Positions 1 through 10,779 of a DNA stretch of 36,843 nt are shown piece after piece. A model generated the notes under the pieces. It was not told the origin of the DNA, searched no databases, and saw nothing but the letters and a program-made list of their open reading frames with translations. The stretch is taken from contig NIVC01004730.1 of assembly GCA_002269645.1 (NCBI GenBank), forward strand, positions 1 to 36,843, given 5' to 3'. The stretch comes from Macrostomum lignano. Its lineage: Eukaryota. Position 1 is the first letter of the stretch. The number at the start of each line of letters is the position of its first letter. Made by a program: the position numbers and the translations under genes.

Positions 1-952
1 GTTTTGAGTTCTCAGGCTTAGTTTTTTTAGTGAGGTTGGCCATAGACTATCGTTCTACTAGAAAAGAAGGAGCCTAGGAATTTAGTGTGAACCGTCATAT
101 CTGTAGGTTAAAATAAAATAATTATCACAAATTGGTGAGCGGATCTCAGCACTGGAAGAAGTGAAAAGATGAAACCAGGAGCACAAGACTAACGGAGAAG
201 CTCCCTAACACCACTGGCCTAAATCCCAAGGTCCTACTCTCAGACGAGGACACTGACGGCCGGACAGTTCAGCGAATCCCTGGCCAACTTCTACCAGGTA
301 TGCCTTTCAGTGAAACACTGGGGCCCTCAGAATCGAGGTCGCGTACTACGTCAAACGACAGTTCCTATCTTGACCACGCTTGCCGGCGACAAACTCTGAA
401 CAAGGTTGTCGCGATTGTTACGCCGGCAATGCTATTGCGGTCGGGCAGCGGAAACAAAAAAGGAGGCCGGGGCTTGACTCAATAAAAGCTCCTCAAAGCG
501 CGGCAGATGGCAAAACGGCCGGGAGATAAGAACGAAGCCAGGCCAAAACCAGAAGTAAGATCCGACCGCCAAAACATACTTTCATAGTCTCTCCAACCCC
601 CCCCCCCCTCAAGCCGGGTGGTGGGTGTCTGGCTGGCGCTCGATAATCCAAATTGCACTGATCCTGCGGCGCGCTCTCAAGCCGGGTAGAGCTGGTTTGC
701 CGCATGCCAGGGTCCAGGCCGGTCCTGATTGCCTGGCAACGCAAAGCCGGAGTACATTGGCAAGTTTGCCAAGCCAGAGCCACACTGGCTTGGAAATGCG
801 TCTAGCTTTTCCGACCTGTTTACTATAATAAACTTGTAAAAGCACTTTGAAAAACCTGACTAAAAAATAGAATGGAAACACAATTAATAATTAATGACAA
901 TTGAAGGCAATTTACATAAGATGCTCACATTACAGTCACCATCTGCGACACA

Positions 953-1618
953 ATGGCTCCGCTGACTCTCCAGTCAGACCACGACTTCTGCTCGGCGACT
1001 TGCGGCTCCGCGACCAGCTCTACCGACCGCCAAAGCAGCGACCACGGCGCTACTATCACGCTCTGTTGGACACCCGCGTCAAGCGTCAATTCGCGGGCGC
1101 CTTCGTAGGCGCGCTTGGAGACCAGCGCGAGGCGGATATTCCGACATCAGCACCGTCGTTGGAGCCGCTGTGGAGCAAACGGTTCCGCTGATGCGGCCAG
1201 CGAAAAAAATTGCTGCCTGTCTGGCAGAGCGACCCGACCATCAAGCAAAGCGCAGGCTCAACATCGAGCGACTCCGCAGAAACCGGGGCCACAGGCGACG
1301 CTGAAGACGCGTCTGAGCGCCTTCTAGACGAGTGGCAGCAGGCCGCTGTCAACGACGCCGTTAGGTCCATCACTGCAGCCGGCCGCTGTCAACGACGCCG
1401 TTAGGTCCATCACTGCAGCCGGCCCAGACGTGATGAGCCGCGTAGTGGGACGGCCGTTCCGGACTCTGACGGGGCGCAAAAGGCGCGTGGCGCTGAATCG
1501 ACCGGTGACACCGGTGCACGCCTACGAATCTGCGGATGTCGCGGTCGCCATCGTCGCACTAACACCGCGAATAGCGTCAGTTAACGGCCGGCCAGTTAGC
1601 ATTGAGAAGCGCCGTTAG
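953..1618 (+). pseudogene. Disrupted ORF of unknown family (about 205-210 aa if repaired), probably part of a mobile or virus-like element
   Basis: GC-rich, coding-like sequence runs from ATG 953 to TAG 1616-1618. ORF pieces 901-1191, 1210-1404 and 1430-1618 join if two small indels and one copy of the exact 40-bp duplication (1341-1380 = 1381-1420) are removed. No family recognised. Confidence 0.35.
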
Positions 1619-1990
1619 ACGGTATCGAATGGCATGCCGTCTTCGTCGCCTGCGTCTACAATTGTGGCTAGCGCCCAGACGACGGACTCGACACACGCCA
1701 TCTGCAAGCGTATTAGAGGATGCGCGTTTTGTGAAATCAGTAACATTACAATGTCTATACAAGCAGTATGTTAATAAATGAAAGCTAATTACGCGTACGC
1801 CGTGAATAATTTCATCGAATGTCTGTTGGAGCAACTGGACGGCGACAGGGTCTTCTGGGTTAACAGATGCGGCGGCCGCAGGAGCGCGATCCTGGCTGGA
1901 AGTTGTGTGCGCTGCTGCTGCGGCTGTGATTGTCTCGTCGTCAACGATGTCACCGTCGACGTACAGCAGCCCTGTGCTGTAGACGGCCAT
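1577..1990 (-). CDS. 137-aa ORF of unknown function, convergent with and overlapping the 3' end of the 953-1618 ORF
   Basis: ATG-started ORF with an Ala-rich linker, a helical-looking segment (QLLQQTFDEIIHGVRVISFHLLTYCLYRH) and an Arg run. It is GC-rich against an AT-rich flank beyond ~2150. No family recognised. Confidence 0.3.
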   Translation of the reverse strand: MAVYSTGLLYVDGDIVDDETITAAAAAHTTSSQDRAPAAAASVNPEDPVAVQLLQQTFDEIIHGVRVISFHLLTYCLYRHCNVTDFTKRASSNTLADGVCRVRRLGASHNCRRRRRRRHAIRYRLTALLNANWPAVN

Positions 1991-2960
1991 AAATTCTCAT
2001 GTTTGAACAGCCAACGCTCTGGGCCGCTTCAAACAGTGATCGGCTCGGTATTGGTCAGCAGGTTTTGTTAAGCTCTGTCAGGCTCTTTCGGCTGTTTTGC
2101 TGTGCAAATGCCTGATGTGGTCGAGTTACACGGACCATCATTAGAAGATTCTAGTGCAGCTGCATGGCTAAGCTGTTTAAATTTTCATTGGTCAACTGCG
2201 TTTTGCAGTAGATTGCAGACGCTGAAATTGCAGGATACATTTATCGTCGGATTGAATACAATACTCACTGTATTGTAAGTAATGTGATGCACATACAACT
2301 GATAATAGTACGACTAAAGTAATAAAAAGACTATTTAAGTAAAACTGTAGCTAAAATATGCAGAATGTATGACTACATAGGTTATAAGGGCAGATGGCAC
2401 CGTTGGCGACGGTTAAGTAGTTTAAAAATGCAAGCAATTTAAAGATTGATGTGTACTGTTGTAACATACAGTAATATTATTGTGCATTGTGTCTATGAAA
2501 TTGCACTCAATGCGTATTATTCCTATGGCGAATACCTGCTGTCCTTTTATGTTGCGTGTTTTGCTATTATGCTTTGTAAGCAGGAGTGGGTGCATAGGAG
2601 CTGAAGAGATACAAGACAGAACATGGCCCCTGTAGCATAAAGTGTATCTGTTGTGGATCCAATTTAAAAAAAATTGATATACGCGCCATGACCCTTTAAT
2701 ATACGCGCTAGTGTACCTACTACTGAGACTACCAATATTAAAACGATAAGAAATAAATGAAAGCTAAACGCAGCAGAAAAGGTAAATTTGTAACTTTACT
2801 TGCGCCAACTGCACAGGATTTTCACGATAATATGAAGGAGGGGAACAGCATTTACTTAAAAAGATACCCTCCTCCTTTTTCAACCGGGCTTGGGACTGGC
2901 TTTGGCTTTTACCCATCCACCTCGTATTCTGTATCAACTGTTCTAGACTTGATCGAAGCT

Positions 2961-3197
2961 TTATTACCCTCGCATTAAAGATTGGCCCGCGTAGTCAAAT
3001 AAAAGTGACTACTCTCATCATGGCGGGACTTTATTATTACCCCTCGGATTAAAGATTGGCCGCGTAGTCAAATAAAAGTGACTACTCTCATCATGGCGGG
3101 ACTTTATTATTACCCCTCGGACTAAAGTTTGACCCGCGTAGTCAAATAAAAGTGAATATTCTATCAAAGCGAGGCTTTATTACCCTGCGGATTAAGT
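2961..3197. repeat. ~73-bp tandem repeat, about 3.2 copies
   Basis: TTATTACCC...CCGCGTAGTCAAATAAAAGTGA... units start at 2961, 3034, 3107 and 3177. Confidence 0.9.
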
Positions 3198-4754
3198 ATT
3201 GCACATTCTTTTGAATTTTTGCCCCTCTTTTAACTTGGAAGTTCCATTCACTTTAGACAACCCATGAGCATGCCCAGACTTGCATGCCCAGACTGAAGAC
3301 TAGATAGCGTCTGCCTTAATAGGATAATCTGTGTTTAACTCACTGGGCCTGCTGGAACATAATTGGAACTATGCTACAGATTTCGGCTAAGACACCCAGC
3401 TGTAAAACAATATACATAGTTTCTGTCTTGGCCTAATGACCGACGGACGGGATGGGGAGCGGGTCCTCCCGCCGGAGACACCCAAGGTCCCAGCCCCAAC
3501 CCTGGCTATGCCTACGCGACCCTGACCGACCCGGCGAGATTTCGCCCTGGCCGATCACCCTGGGACTAGCGAGAGTTCGCCGACCTCAGGTTCCTACTCA
3601 ATCCCACCGGCCCCTCGCGGCAACCCAGAAGAAAGAAGCGCGAGCTCACTCCTAGTCATCGATTTAACAGCTTGACGAAGCGTATATTTGGCCGACCAAA
3701 CGCAGAGCAGCACAAACAGCAACGGACGCAGAACGCAGACAAACAGACAAACAGTGGGGCGCAGAACGCGGAAAACAGTGGAGCGCAGAACAGACAAGCA
3801 GTAGAGCGCAAATCGCAGACAAGCAGTGAAGTGCCGAATGGGCAGGGCGAGAACTTAAATAGAATACTGTACACCAGAGGGGGGTAGAAAGGAGAGGGGC
3901 AGGCCAAACCCTGGGGCTTAAGGCAGCTTATCAGCCGCCAGTCAATGCGAGAGGCCCAGGGTGGGGCGGAGCAAAGAGGGAGGGTAGGGCAAGCGCACAG
4001 ATTGGAAAGGGGACTGGGCGCAGAAAAGACTAGGCCATGGTAGAAGCTTACGCCTCATAAACCCCGGCAAGGGCGCGAGACGGTGGACGGGGCGGCGCAG
4101 CATGAAAACACGAAAACAAAAACAAGGGGCAACAGAAGGGCAGGGTAGACTGAAAGGGCGCTGCACAAGAATAGGATGCTTCAGAAGTAATTAGAATAGT
4201 CTGAGTGCAACACATCCAAAAGGCATCCTCATTTGTTGTATGGTACAGTACACAGACTACATGCTAACGGGAGTCAAACCTTTGTACACAATAATGCAAC
4301 TACCTTGCACTAAATGCAAATTAGTAGAGTATACAAAGGATGGTTGCGACCTCACATTACGAGCAATACAGTTTCAACAAGTCCTTTATTTAATGCAGAG
4401 GTTTAGCGCCACTGACTAGGTGGATTCCAGGGATAGCTTGCCGGGGTAGCTTGTTATGTCATTAAGTATGACAGCCTTCCATCGGAAGCACTCTTATTTT
4501 ATCCCTAACTTTCGAATCTTGTCTTGTCATGATTCGGACCTTGTTATTTGGTAAAATTCGGATTGCTCACCAGATTAGAGTCAAACCAGATAACATTAAA
4601 ATTACCTGGTAACGAATCTGGTGGTTTTACCAGTTTCGCACCCTAAACAAGCATTGGAAGTATAGTGAATCTGACAAGATTCGCAAATTATCTTGTGGTG
4701 TTATCTGGTTTATTTTCCAGAGGGAGTGAGCTAGCTACCGGTTAGGTACAACAG

Positions 4755-4796
4755 TAACAACAACCAAAAGCAACAACAACAACAAAAACAACAACA
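4755..4796 (+). repeat. Imperfect (AAC)n microsatellite
   Basis: aacaacaaccaaaagcaacaacaacaacaaaaacaacaac, read directly. Confidence 0.8.
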
Positions 4797-4939
4797 CTTG
4801 GCACCTCGTCTACGTCGCGGAGGGTAGCCGCTTCATCTGGGGGCGGTCAAAGAGCGCCAAAACTCGGACACAACGTCGAACGAGCGTGTTTTTTGTATTT
4901 ACACTCTAAAGAATCTCGCTCAAAGCGATCATCCACCAA

Positions 4940-5640
4940 GCCGCGGAGCGCCCTGCTCATCAACGCAAGCGGAACTCTACGTGGTCAAGCTGGCCTAAAT
5001 TGGCTCGAAGGCGCACCAGCAAAGGAGAAAGCACCGTGATCATTAGCGACAGTCAGAGCACTCTACAGGCTATTAAGGGCTTGAGCAGAAACACCTTGGC
5101 CATTAGAGTCAGGAAAATGCTGAGGAAGCTGGAGGAGGAAGAGAAGGTGGTTAAGCTAATCTGGGTGCCCGCGCATTGCGGCTTGACAGGAAACGAGTTG
5201 GCGGATGAAGCAGCGAAAGAGGCATCAACCTGGGCCCAGGAAGGCATCAAAGTGCCACCCAGCAGCAACAGGAAGTACAGCCAGAGCAAGCTGGGCAGAG
5301 ATAACGGCAGAAGCCACAGGAGAAGCAGGGAAACCTATGGAGAGCAGGGGGCGGAGCCCAGCCGAAGGGCCTGAGCAAGCAGGAAGCGTTTGACTTCAGA
5401 CGATTCAGGAGTGGCCACTCTATGGACCTAGCAGAGTACAGGAAGCGCATAGGTAGACAAGAGGAGGGCTGGTGTACGAGCTGCGGCTTGGAGACCGAGA
5501 CGCTTGAGCATGTCATGGCGTGCCCCGTCACGCGCAGCCTTAGGGAGGAACTGGACCTGCATGAGATTCGAGTCTTGAGTAGGAGACCAGGAATCTGCAG
5601 CGTCAGAAACAGCACCTCAAAGATTGGGCACCACGCTTAA
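4940..5640 (+). mobile_element. 3' fragment of a non-LTR retrotransposon (I/Ingi-type): RNase H domain plus C-terminal CCHC finger, frameshifted
   Basis: Translations give SSTQAELYVVKLA, VIISDSQSTLQAI and LIWVPAHCGLTGNELADEAAKEA (LINE RNase H motifs). Further on are RFRSGHS and WCTSCGLETETLEHVMAC (CxxC-x8-H-xxx-C). Confidence 0.85.
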
Positions 5641-6522
5641 AAAGGCCCTTTTCCGAGCACAATCTCCCTGGCGTCGATACAGACGAAAACATCGCACCTG
5701 TATCCATCGACCTGAACTGTCCGTGACAATGTATCGGCTTCAAACTTGTCTTGACACTTTCTGAACAAGGAAGGGGACATCCGAATCGAGAAGACAATTG
5801 CAATTTTGCATGTTCGAATCATATTAAATTCAAGTGGAAGCAAAAATCATTTCGTAATACTCACATACCAGGTACTGATGTTGTAATACGATAACAACAG
5901 CTTAATTACTTCCAGCGCAGAACTATTAGCTTATTTTCCCGTAGTCTAACCAGGCTTGTATCGATAGAATCCAGGACAAGAATCTTTCGTCGCTTAGCAC
6001 ACACAACGATAAGATAAAAGTGCTCCTTGTGTAAAAAAGGATTTAATGTCTTATTCAAGCCCTGGGAAATATACAGTGAACTAGAAAATTACGAGCTAAA
6101 AACAACTTTGCATTTGAGAAATGCTAGAGTTACTACGAATTTACTTTTACATACATGTTACAAGAAAAAGCAATTATTCGTACCTTATACACTAAAGTCC
6201 TTTTCGACAAAATTTTCCTCTTAAAAGTAATATTGTTATTATTGATATCCAAAATGCTGTGAAAGTCTCCCTTGCCAATGACAAATTCGTTGGTGCGCCT
6301 GAAGTAAGTGCTGTGCAGTAAGCCGGTAATATCTACACCTTTTTCCATTCTATTTTGGCAAACGTGCAATCAAAGTCAAAATCTTTTCATTCAATTCAGA
6401 CAGTTTATGGTAGTTCTTGGCCGGACGTGCATTCAATTCCGACAAATGTGCTTTCAAAAGCGACAATTTTCAAACAAAGCAAACAAGCTACCACGAGAAA
6501 CCGACACTTTGCAATCAATTCA

Positions 6523-6828
6523 AACAATTTGCAATCCATTCCGACAGTTGGCTATGAATTGGCTTTTTTCTGTCCTCCTATCTATGGCTCATACTAATAC
6601 GCTCGTAATGCCGAATGCAAAAGTGAGTGACAACGATCGGCAGAGGCTCATCGACGCACACGCAAACGGAGACGATTTTGGGCATCTTGCTCGAGTATGT
6701 ACTCCAGTGGCTTGTCTAAATAGATTGAAATTTGTCGGAATTGATTGGAAATTTCGCAGTATGAGCCATAGATAGGAGGACAGAAAAAGCCAATTCATAG
6801 CCACTGTCGGAATGGATTGCAAATTGTT
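6523..6828. mobile_element. Degenerate Tc1/mariner-like remnant with a ~72-bp near-perfect inverted repeat around the start of a transposase-like ORF
   Basis: Arms 6523-6595 and 6758-6828 are reverse complements apart from two 1-nt indels. ATG 6608 reads MPNAKVSDNDRQRLIDAHANGDDFGHLARV, resembling a Tc1 N-terminal HTH start. Repeated (C)AATTC(A/C)GACA subterminal motifs lie between 6385 and 6745. Confidence 0.45.
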
Positions 6829-7586
6829 CCCTTTTGTCTATGGTTTCCGGCATTCATACTTGCGGTAACAATTTAATTGTTTGTCGGCTTTTTTCGATTG
6901 TTGCCGGATTTCAGACGAATGTATTTGGCTATCAAAACAAGGAACAACAATAGCAACACGGCGAAAGTGCTTTCGAAGGGATGAATAGAAAAGCCTCAGA
7001 TAATCGTTCAAAAATCGATCCGGAACACGCTCAAACTCCTGGCAGAGCCCCTTCTCGTTGAGGAACTGTCGGAACCTTGCCACGTGAAGCTTCCGTTGCG
7101 CTCTCGGTCGATTTCGGCACTGAGTCACTCTCAAGTCGGTCCAACATTTCCAGATCTTCGCTACCTAGCTCAGGCAGCCCGTTGGAACTGGACGACGCAT
7201 CCAGGTTGTCCATCTCCAGAACGTAGCGCGTGCTCGACTCTCGGGTGACAAAAGCCAACTCGTCCGTGGAGAGTCCACATATTTCTCCGCCAGGAATGTT
7301 TGCGTAGCGAATCATAGCTACTTTTCCTATTTGCACTCCGAATAGGAGAATTAATTCAAGCTCAAAATCAACTTGAGAATTAACTCATGGCAGCCAGGCT
7401 AGCTGTCTTCACTGTCCTTTAAATTTGCCATAAACGATTAATTATCTCTACAACCCTTTCATTTAGAGAGCAACTAAATTTGCCATTGACGATTGATTAT
7501 CTCTACAACCCTTTCAAAGCGCATTCCGGCAACAATCGCATTTCATACTCAGCATCCGCACTATGTCTGGGCCATAGACAAGGGAA
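6827..7586 (-). mobile_element. Truncated CryptonA-like element; N-terminal part of a DUF3504/KCTD1-ZMYM-type tyrosine recombinase at ~6968-7213
   Basis: ATG 7213 reads MDNLDASS...DSVPKST, then after a frameshift LHVARFRQFLNEKGLCQEFERVPDRFLNDYLRLFYSSLRK. This matches the VPxxT...F..FL...LNxxLxxFYxxLR pattern of the CryptonA core-binding region. It is bracketed by the inverted repeat TTCCCTTTTGTCTATGG (6827-6843) / CCATAGACAAGGGAA (7572-7586). Confidence 0.6.
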
Positions 7587-7611
7587 GTCAAAAGGGTACA
7601 ATAATGACATG

Positions 7612-7678
7612 TACCGATTTTTTTCGGCAGCAATTGCGCGGCTTCAGCTTACGCAATTGCTGCCGAAAAAAATCGGTA
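7612..7678. repeat. Perfect 27-bp inverted repeat (hairpin) with a 13-nt loop
   Basis: TACCGATTTTTTTCGGCAGCAATTGCG (7612-7638) pairs with CGCAATTGCTGCCGAAAAAAATCGGTA (7652-7678). Confidence 0.9.
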
Positions 7679-8074
7679 TATATCGTTACATTGTTTGAAT
7701 TGATCGCAAAGTGTCGGTTTTTCGTGGCAGCTTGTTTGCTTTGTTTGAAAATTTTCTAGTTTGAAAACTAGACGGAGTGGCCGAGGGCGGCTATAGGCTG
7801 CAGTTAGGCAGACGATGGAGCGGCGATGCGCTGAAGCGGCGAGGCGCTGGTGTCGTTCAGGCATTGCTGATGATGATTGGCGGTAACAGACCGCGGACCG
7901 GCAGACGAGCTCACTTGGGGAGCTGAGATAACTTGGCGGTAACAGACCGCAGACCGGCAGAGGTTCGTCTTATAGACGAATAGGTCAGAGCAACGTCTGA
8001 CAGCAAGTCCACAATAGGACGCTTGAGAAGAAGCGCGAAAAGGTTTGAGGATTCTCATGCCGAAAACCGCTTCC

Positions 8075-8155
8075 TTATATAGTCTTCCCAGCCGCCGCTC
8101 CAAGGTCGTTTCCATGACTCCCTCTCTCTGATTGGCTGCCGGCAGAATGACGTCA
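8075..8155 (-). promoter_or_regulatory. Pol II promoter-like module (CRE, CCAAT, TATA), probably from a retroelement
   Basis: On the minus strand: TGACGTCA 8148-8155, CCAAT 8131-8135 and CTATATAA 8075-8082, in canonical order and spacing. Confidence 0.45.
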
Positions 8156-8879
8156 TAATGAGTCATGATGAGAAGCATGAGAACGGCATAGCAACATAAG
8201 AAATGGGAAAATTGCGCAATCCGGAGGTGGGGTGGGGGGTAATTGGCGCAGCGGGAGGTCGCGAAAGTGTTGCGCAAGCAAACATTGAGAACAATGGGGC
8301 TGGGGTCGAGGACAAAGGAAATAGAAAACGGGAATAATTGGGGAGAATCGAGAACAATAGAAAAGCAAACATTGGAGAAAATGTGATAATTGGGTACGAA
8401 AACGAGAACAAAAGAAAAAGAAAATCGGAGAAAATGTGATAATTGGGTGCGAATAGGAGAACAAAAGAATCGAAAACGAGAACAATAGAAGCGGAGGTGG
8501 GGTGGGTGTCGCATGAGAAATTTGGGGAGGAGAACAATAGCATGAGAAAAGGTTGCGCAAGAGAGGGGGATGAGTCATCGATGAGTCATCGAGGGGAAAG
8601 AGGGGTCACACGACTTGCGTCACCGTTTGAGAGTTTGAGAAGGGATGGGGGAACGGTGAGCGCACGAAGTACTGTAAGTAGACACTGAAAAAGGAGGAAC
8701 AGCGCAGAAAAATAGTGCAAAAAGAGACCAAAAGATGGGGGACAGGAGAAGTACATAACGAATAGGGTAGAGCGCATAGGAGATAGGGTAGAGGGGGAGG
8801 TACAGAGAGGGACAGGGAGCTCCGGAAAGGCATGTGTGGCGGCCAGGAAGACGGAACCGAGGCAGCAGGAGGTGCAGCA

Positions 8880-9990
8880 GAGCGGGAATCTGCAGGCCTG
8901 GTCAGAGACTGAGCAGTCGCTCAGTGACGTAGCTGTCGTTTAGGCCTTGCATGAACTGCTCGAGAACTATTTGCTCCACAAAGACCTGGGCTCCCAGTTC
9001 CGGGTGCGCCCGAATCGTCAACCGTTGAAGCTCCATCGGGTACTTTTAAAAGCTCTCGTCAGATTTCCGATGTCGAGCACGGAACTCGCGATGAGGAAGG
9101 GCTGCAATCTTGGCACCACCGTGACGTGAGCGGTGGTGTTCTACCAGATCCTCGTAGTCCACCCTAGGTAGCTGATCCAATGTTAACCCGGGTGGTAGAC
9201 CGAAGTACGCGCACTGCATTGCCAGCCAGGTAGTGTACGTTGCGTATGCCGGACCTTCTCGATGTCCGGGAGGCCGGGGAATCGACCAATGTGAGCGCCG
9301 ATCCTGACGAGGAAGTCGTCGAAGTCTTCACGGCCGTTGTATGGCGGAGGATTTGGCTCCGAGGGAAGAGCAAGCCGTTGATTAGCCACTGGCAGTGCTG
9401 CATAAGCCAGCAGGAGGTTAGGCGGGGCGTACTCCAGCTCCGGGACATGTCGAGCTGGACGGTGAACATCTGCATGGAACAGGTTTATTGAATACGACTG
9501 CGGCTGTGTCATCCGTGGATCTTCGTCTGTGATGAATGGGTTTGTCGATCTGCTGGCTGCTGCAGACACAAACGGGTTGTACGAACTCGAACTGGACGCG
9601 ATGCTTGGCTCCGCTGATGCAGCTGCATCTGCCGTGTTTGCTCGTCTGACGAGTCGTTCTCGAAGCTCCAGGATGTCGTCGTCGTTCGGGACTCGTTCTA
9701 CATAATGAAGCACTAGCGTGGTCGCCAAATATAAATGCCCACGTCTCAGTTTGAAATAATGAAGTCGTGCAGACACCAGGCAGTTACTTGTTGGCTGAAC
9801 TCATTGGTCGAAAGGAGAGAAAACCCTTAAAGATTCTGGCTCAAACCATTACTGTATTTATAGTGATTGGCGATGATTCCAGATTACGTGCGATAGCTTA
9901 AAAGCGTAATTCACGTGCAGGACTAAAACCGATTCGAGCATCTAAGCGAGTCGGGGAAACGAGGCCCGGAGGGAAATTTGAGGCCTGTGT
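8880..9990 (-). mobile_element. Gypsy-type LTR retrotransposon 5' remnant: putative LTR (~9728-9990), PBS and frameshifted gag; pol absent
   Basis: PBS-like TGGCGACCACG at 9717-9727 and TATAAATA at 9855-9862 on the minus strand. Gag-like translations include PPPYNGREDFDDFL and MELQRLTIRAHPELGAQVFVEQIVLEQFMQGL. Confidence 0.7.
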
Positions 9991-10647
9991 GACTTTTAGT
10001 GTGAGCTTGTGTGAGCTTTTCTGTGTGAGCTTTTAAGCAGGGAAAAGATCACACACAAAAGCTCCCACAAATGGTGAAAACGCTCGCACAATGCAACGAT
10101 CTCTACAGATCTCGGAGATTTAGGTGTAAAATTTTCACCCCACCTACTGACAGTAGGCTACTAAGTGGATGTAACGTCCCGTTTATATAGTTAGTAGCAT
10201 ATGCACCTGATTTTGACTTTATAGTTTTGCAATTGAATGTCCATGCAATTGCACGCTATGGCGTAGTACTGCAATTGTGGTTACGATTAGAAGCCACAGC
10301 TTCCTCTAACGAAGAGAGAGACTAATATATATGTAGATACACAGCATTTCTATTCGACTGGAATACAGCAGTCAGATGCAGAAGGAAGCAGTGCGTTTTA
10401 CAATGTAATTAAACAGAATGCAATGCGATCGAAGTTGCAAAAAGCGCGAAAGAAGGCAGCTGCAAAATGTACGGATAAAGGCTTTGCCAGCCAGTCGCCT
10501 CGCGTACTCGCAGCCTTGCCACACCGTGCACGCTGCAGCGTTGATCTTGTTGGCAGTCGTAATCCAATGCTGCGTGACATCTTGGGCTGTAATGCAGCAG
10601 CCCAGTGGCAAGACGCAGAGATGCCTGAGGCCAGACAGTATACGTAC

Positions 10648-10779
10648 CTCTCACGACTCTTAATTGGAAACTTGTGGAAGCGAAGTCCTGGTACATTTCT
10701 ATCCGCATATGATCTGCATCCGTACGATGCGCACTGCAGACGTGGCGCTGTCGGCATGACGACCCGAGAAGACGAGAAG
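10648..10779 (-). CDS. Exon encoding the N-terminal half of a THAP zinc-finger domain, part of a degenerate multi-exon gene at about 10370-11770
   Basis: Reads QCASYGCRSYADRNVPGLRFHKFPIKSRE (C-x4-C...FHxFP). It has an AG acceptor at 10780-10781 and a GTACGT donor at 10647. The next exon carries WITTANKINAAACTVWQGCEYAR, but no clean CxxHF motif was found. Confidence 0.55.

Noticed and set aside
130-485. Possible degenerate gag-like fragment (LANFYQVCLSVKHW...EVAYYVKRQF)
   Set aside because: It needs frameshifts and the resemblance is too weak to call without a search.
1700-1860. Faint by-eye resemblance of the 1577-1990 ORF helix to Fanzor/TnpB N-termini
   Set aside because: No RuvC motifs or zinc finger lie nearby, and the similarity is below what can be supported without an HMM search.
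3420-4170. GC-rich ORF-like stretch resembling retroelement ORF1
   Set aside because: It has multiple stops and no recognisable motif.
7804-8578. 236-aa and 141-aa Phe/Ser/Pro-rich minus-strand ORFs
   Set aside because: They are low-complexity translations of a purine-biased degenerate repeat, with no domain motifs.
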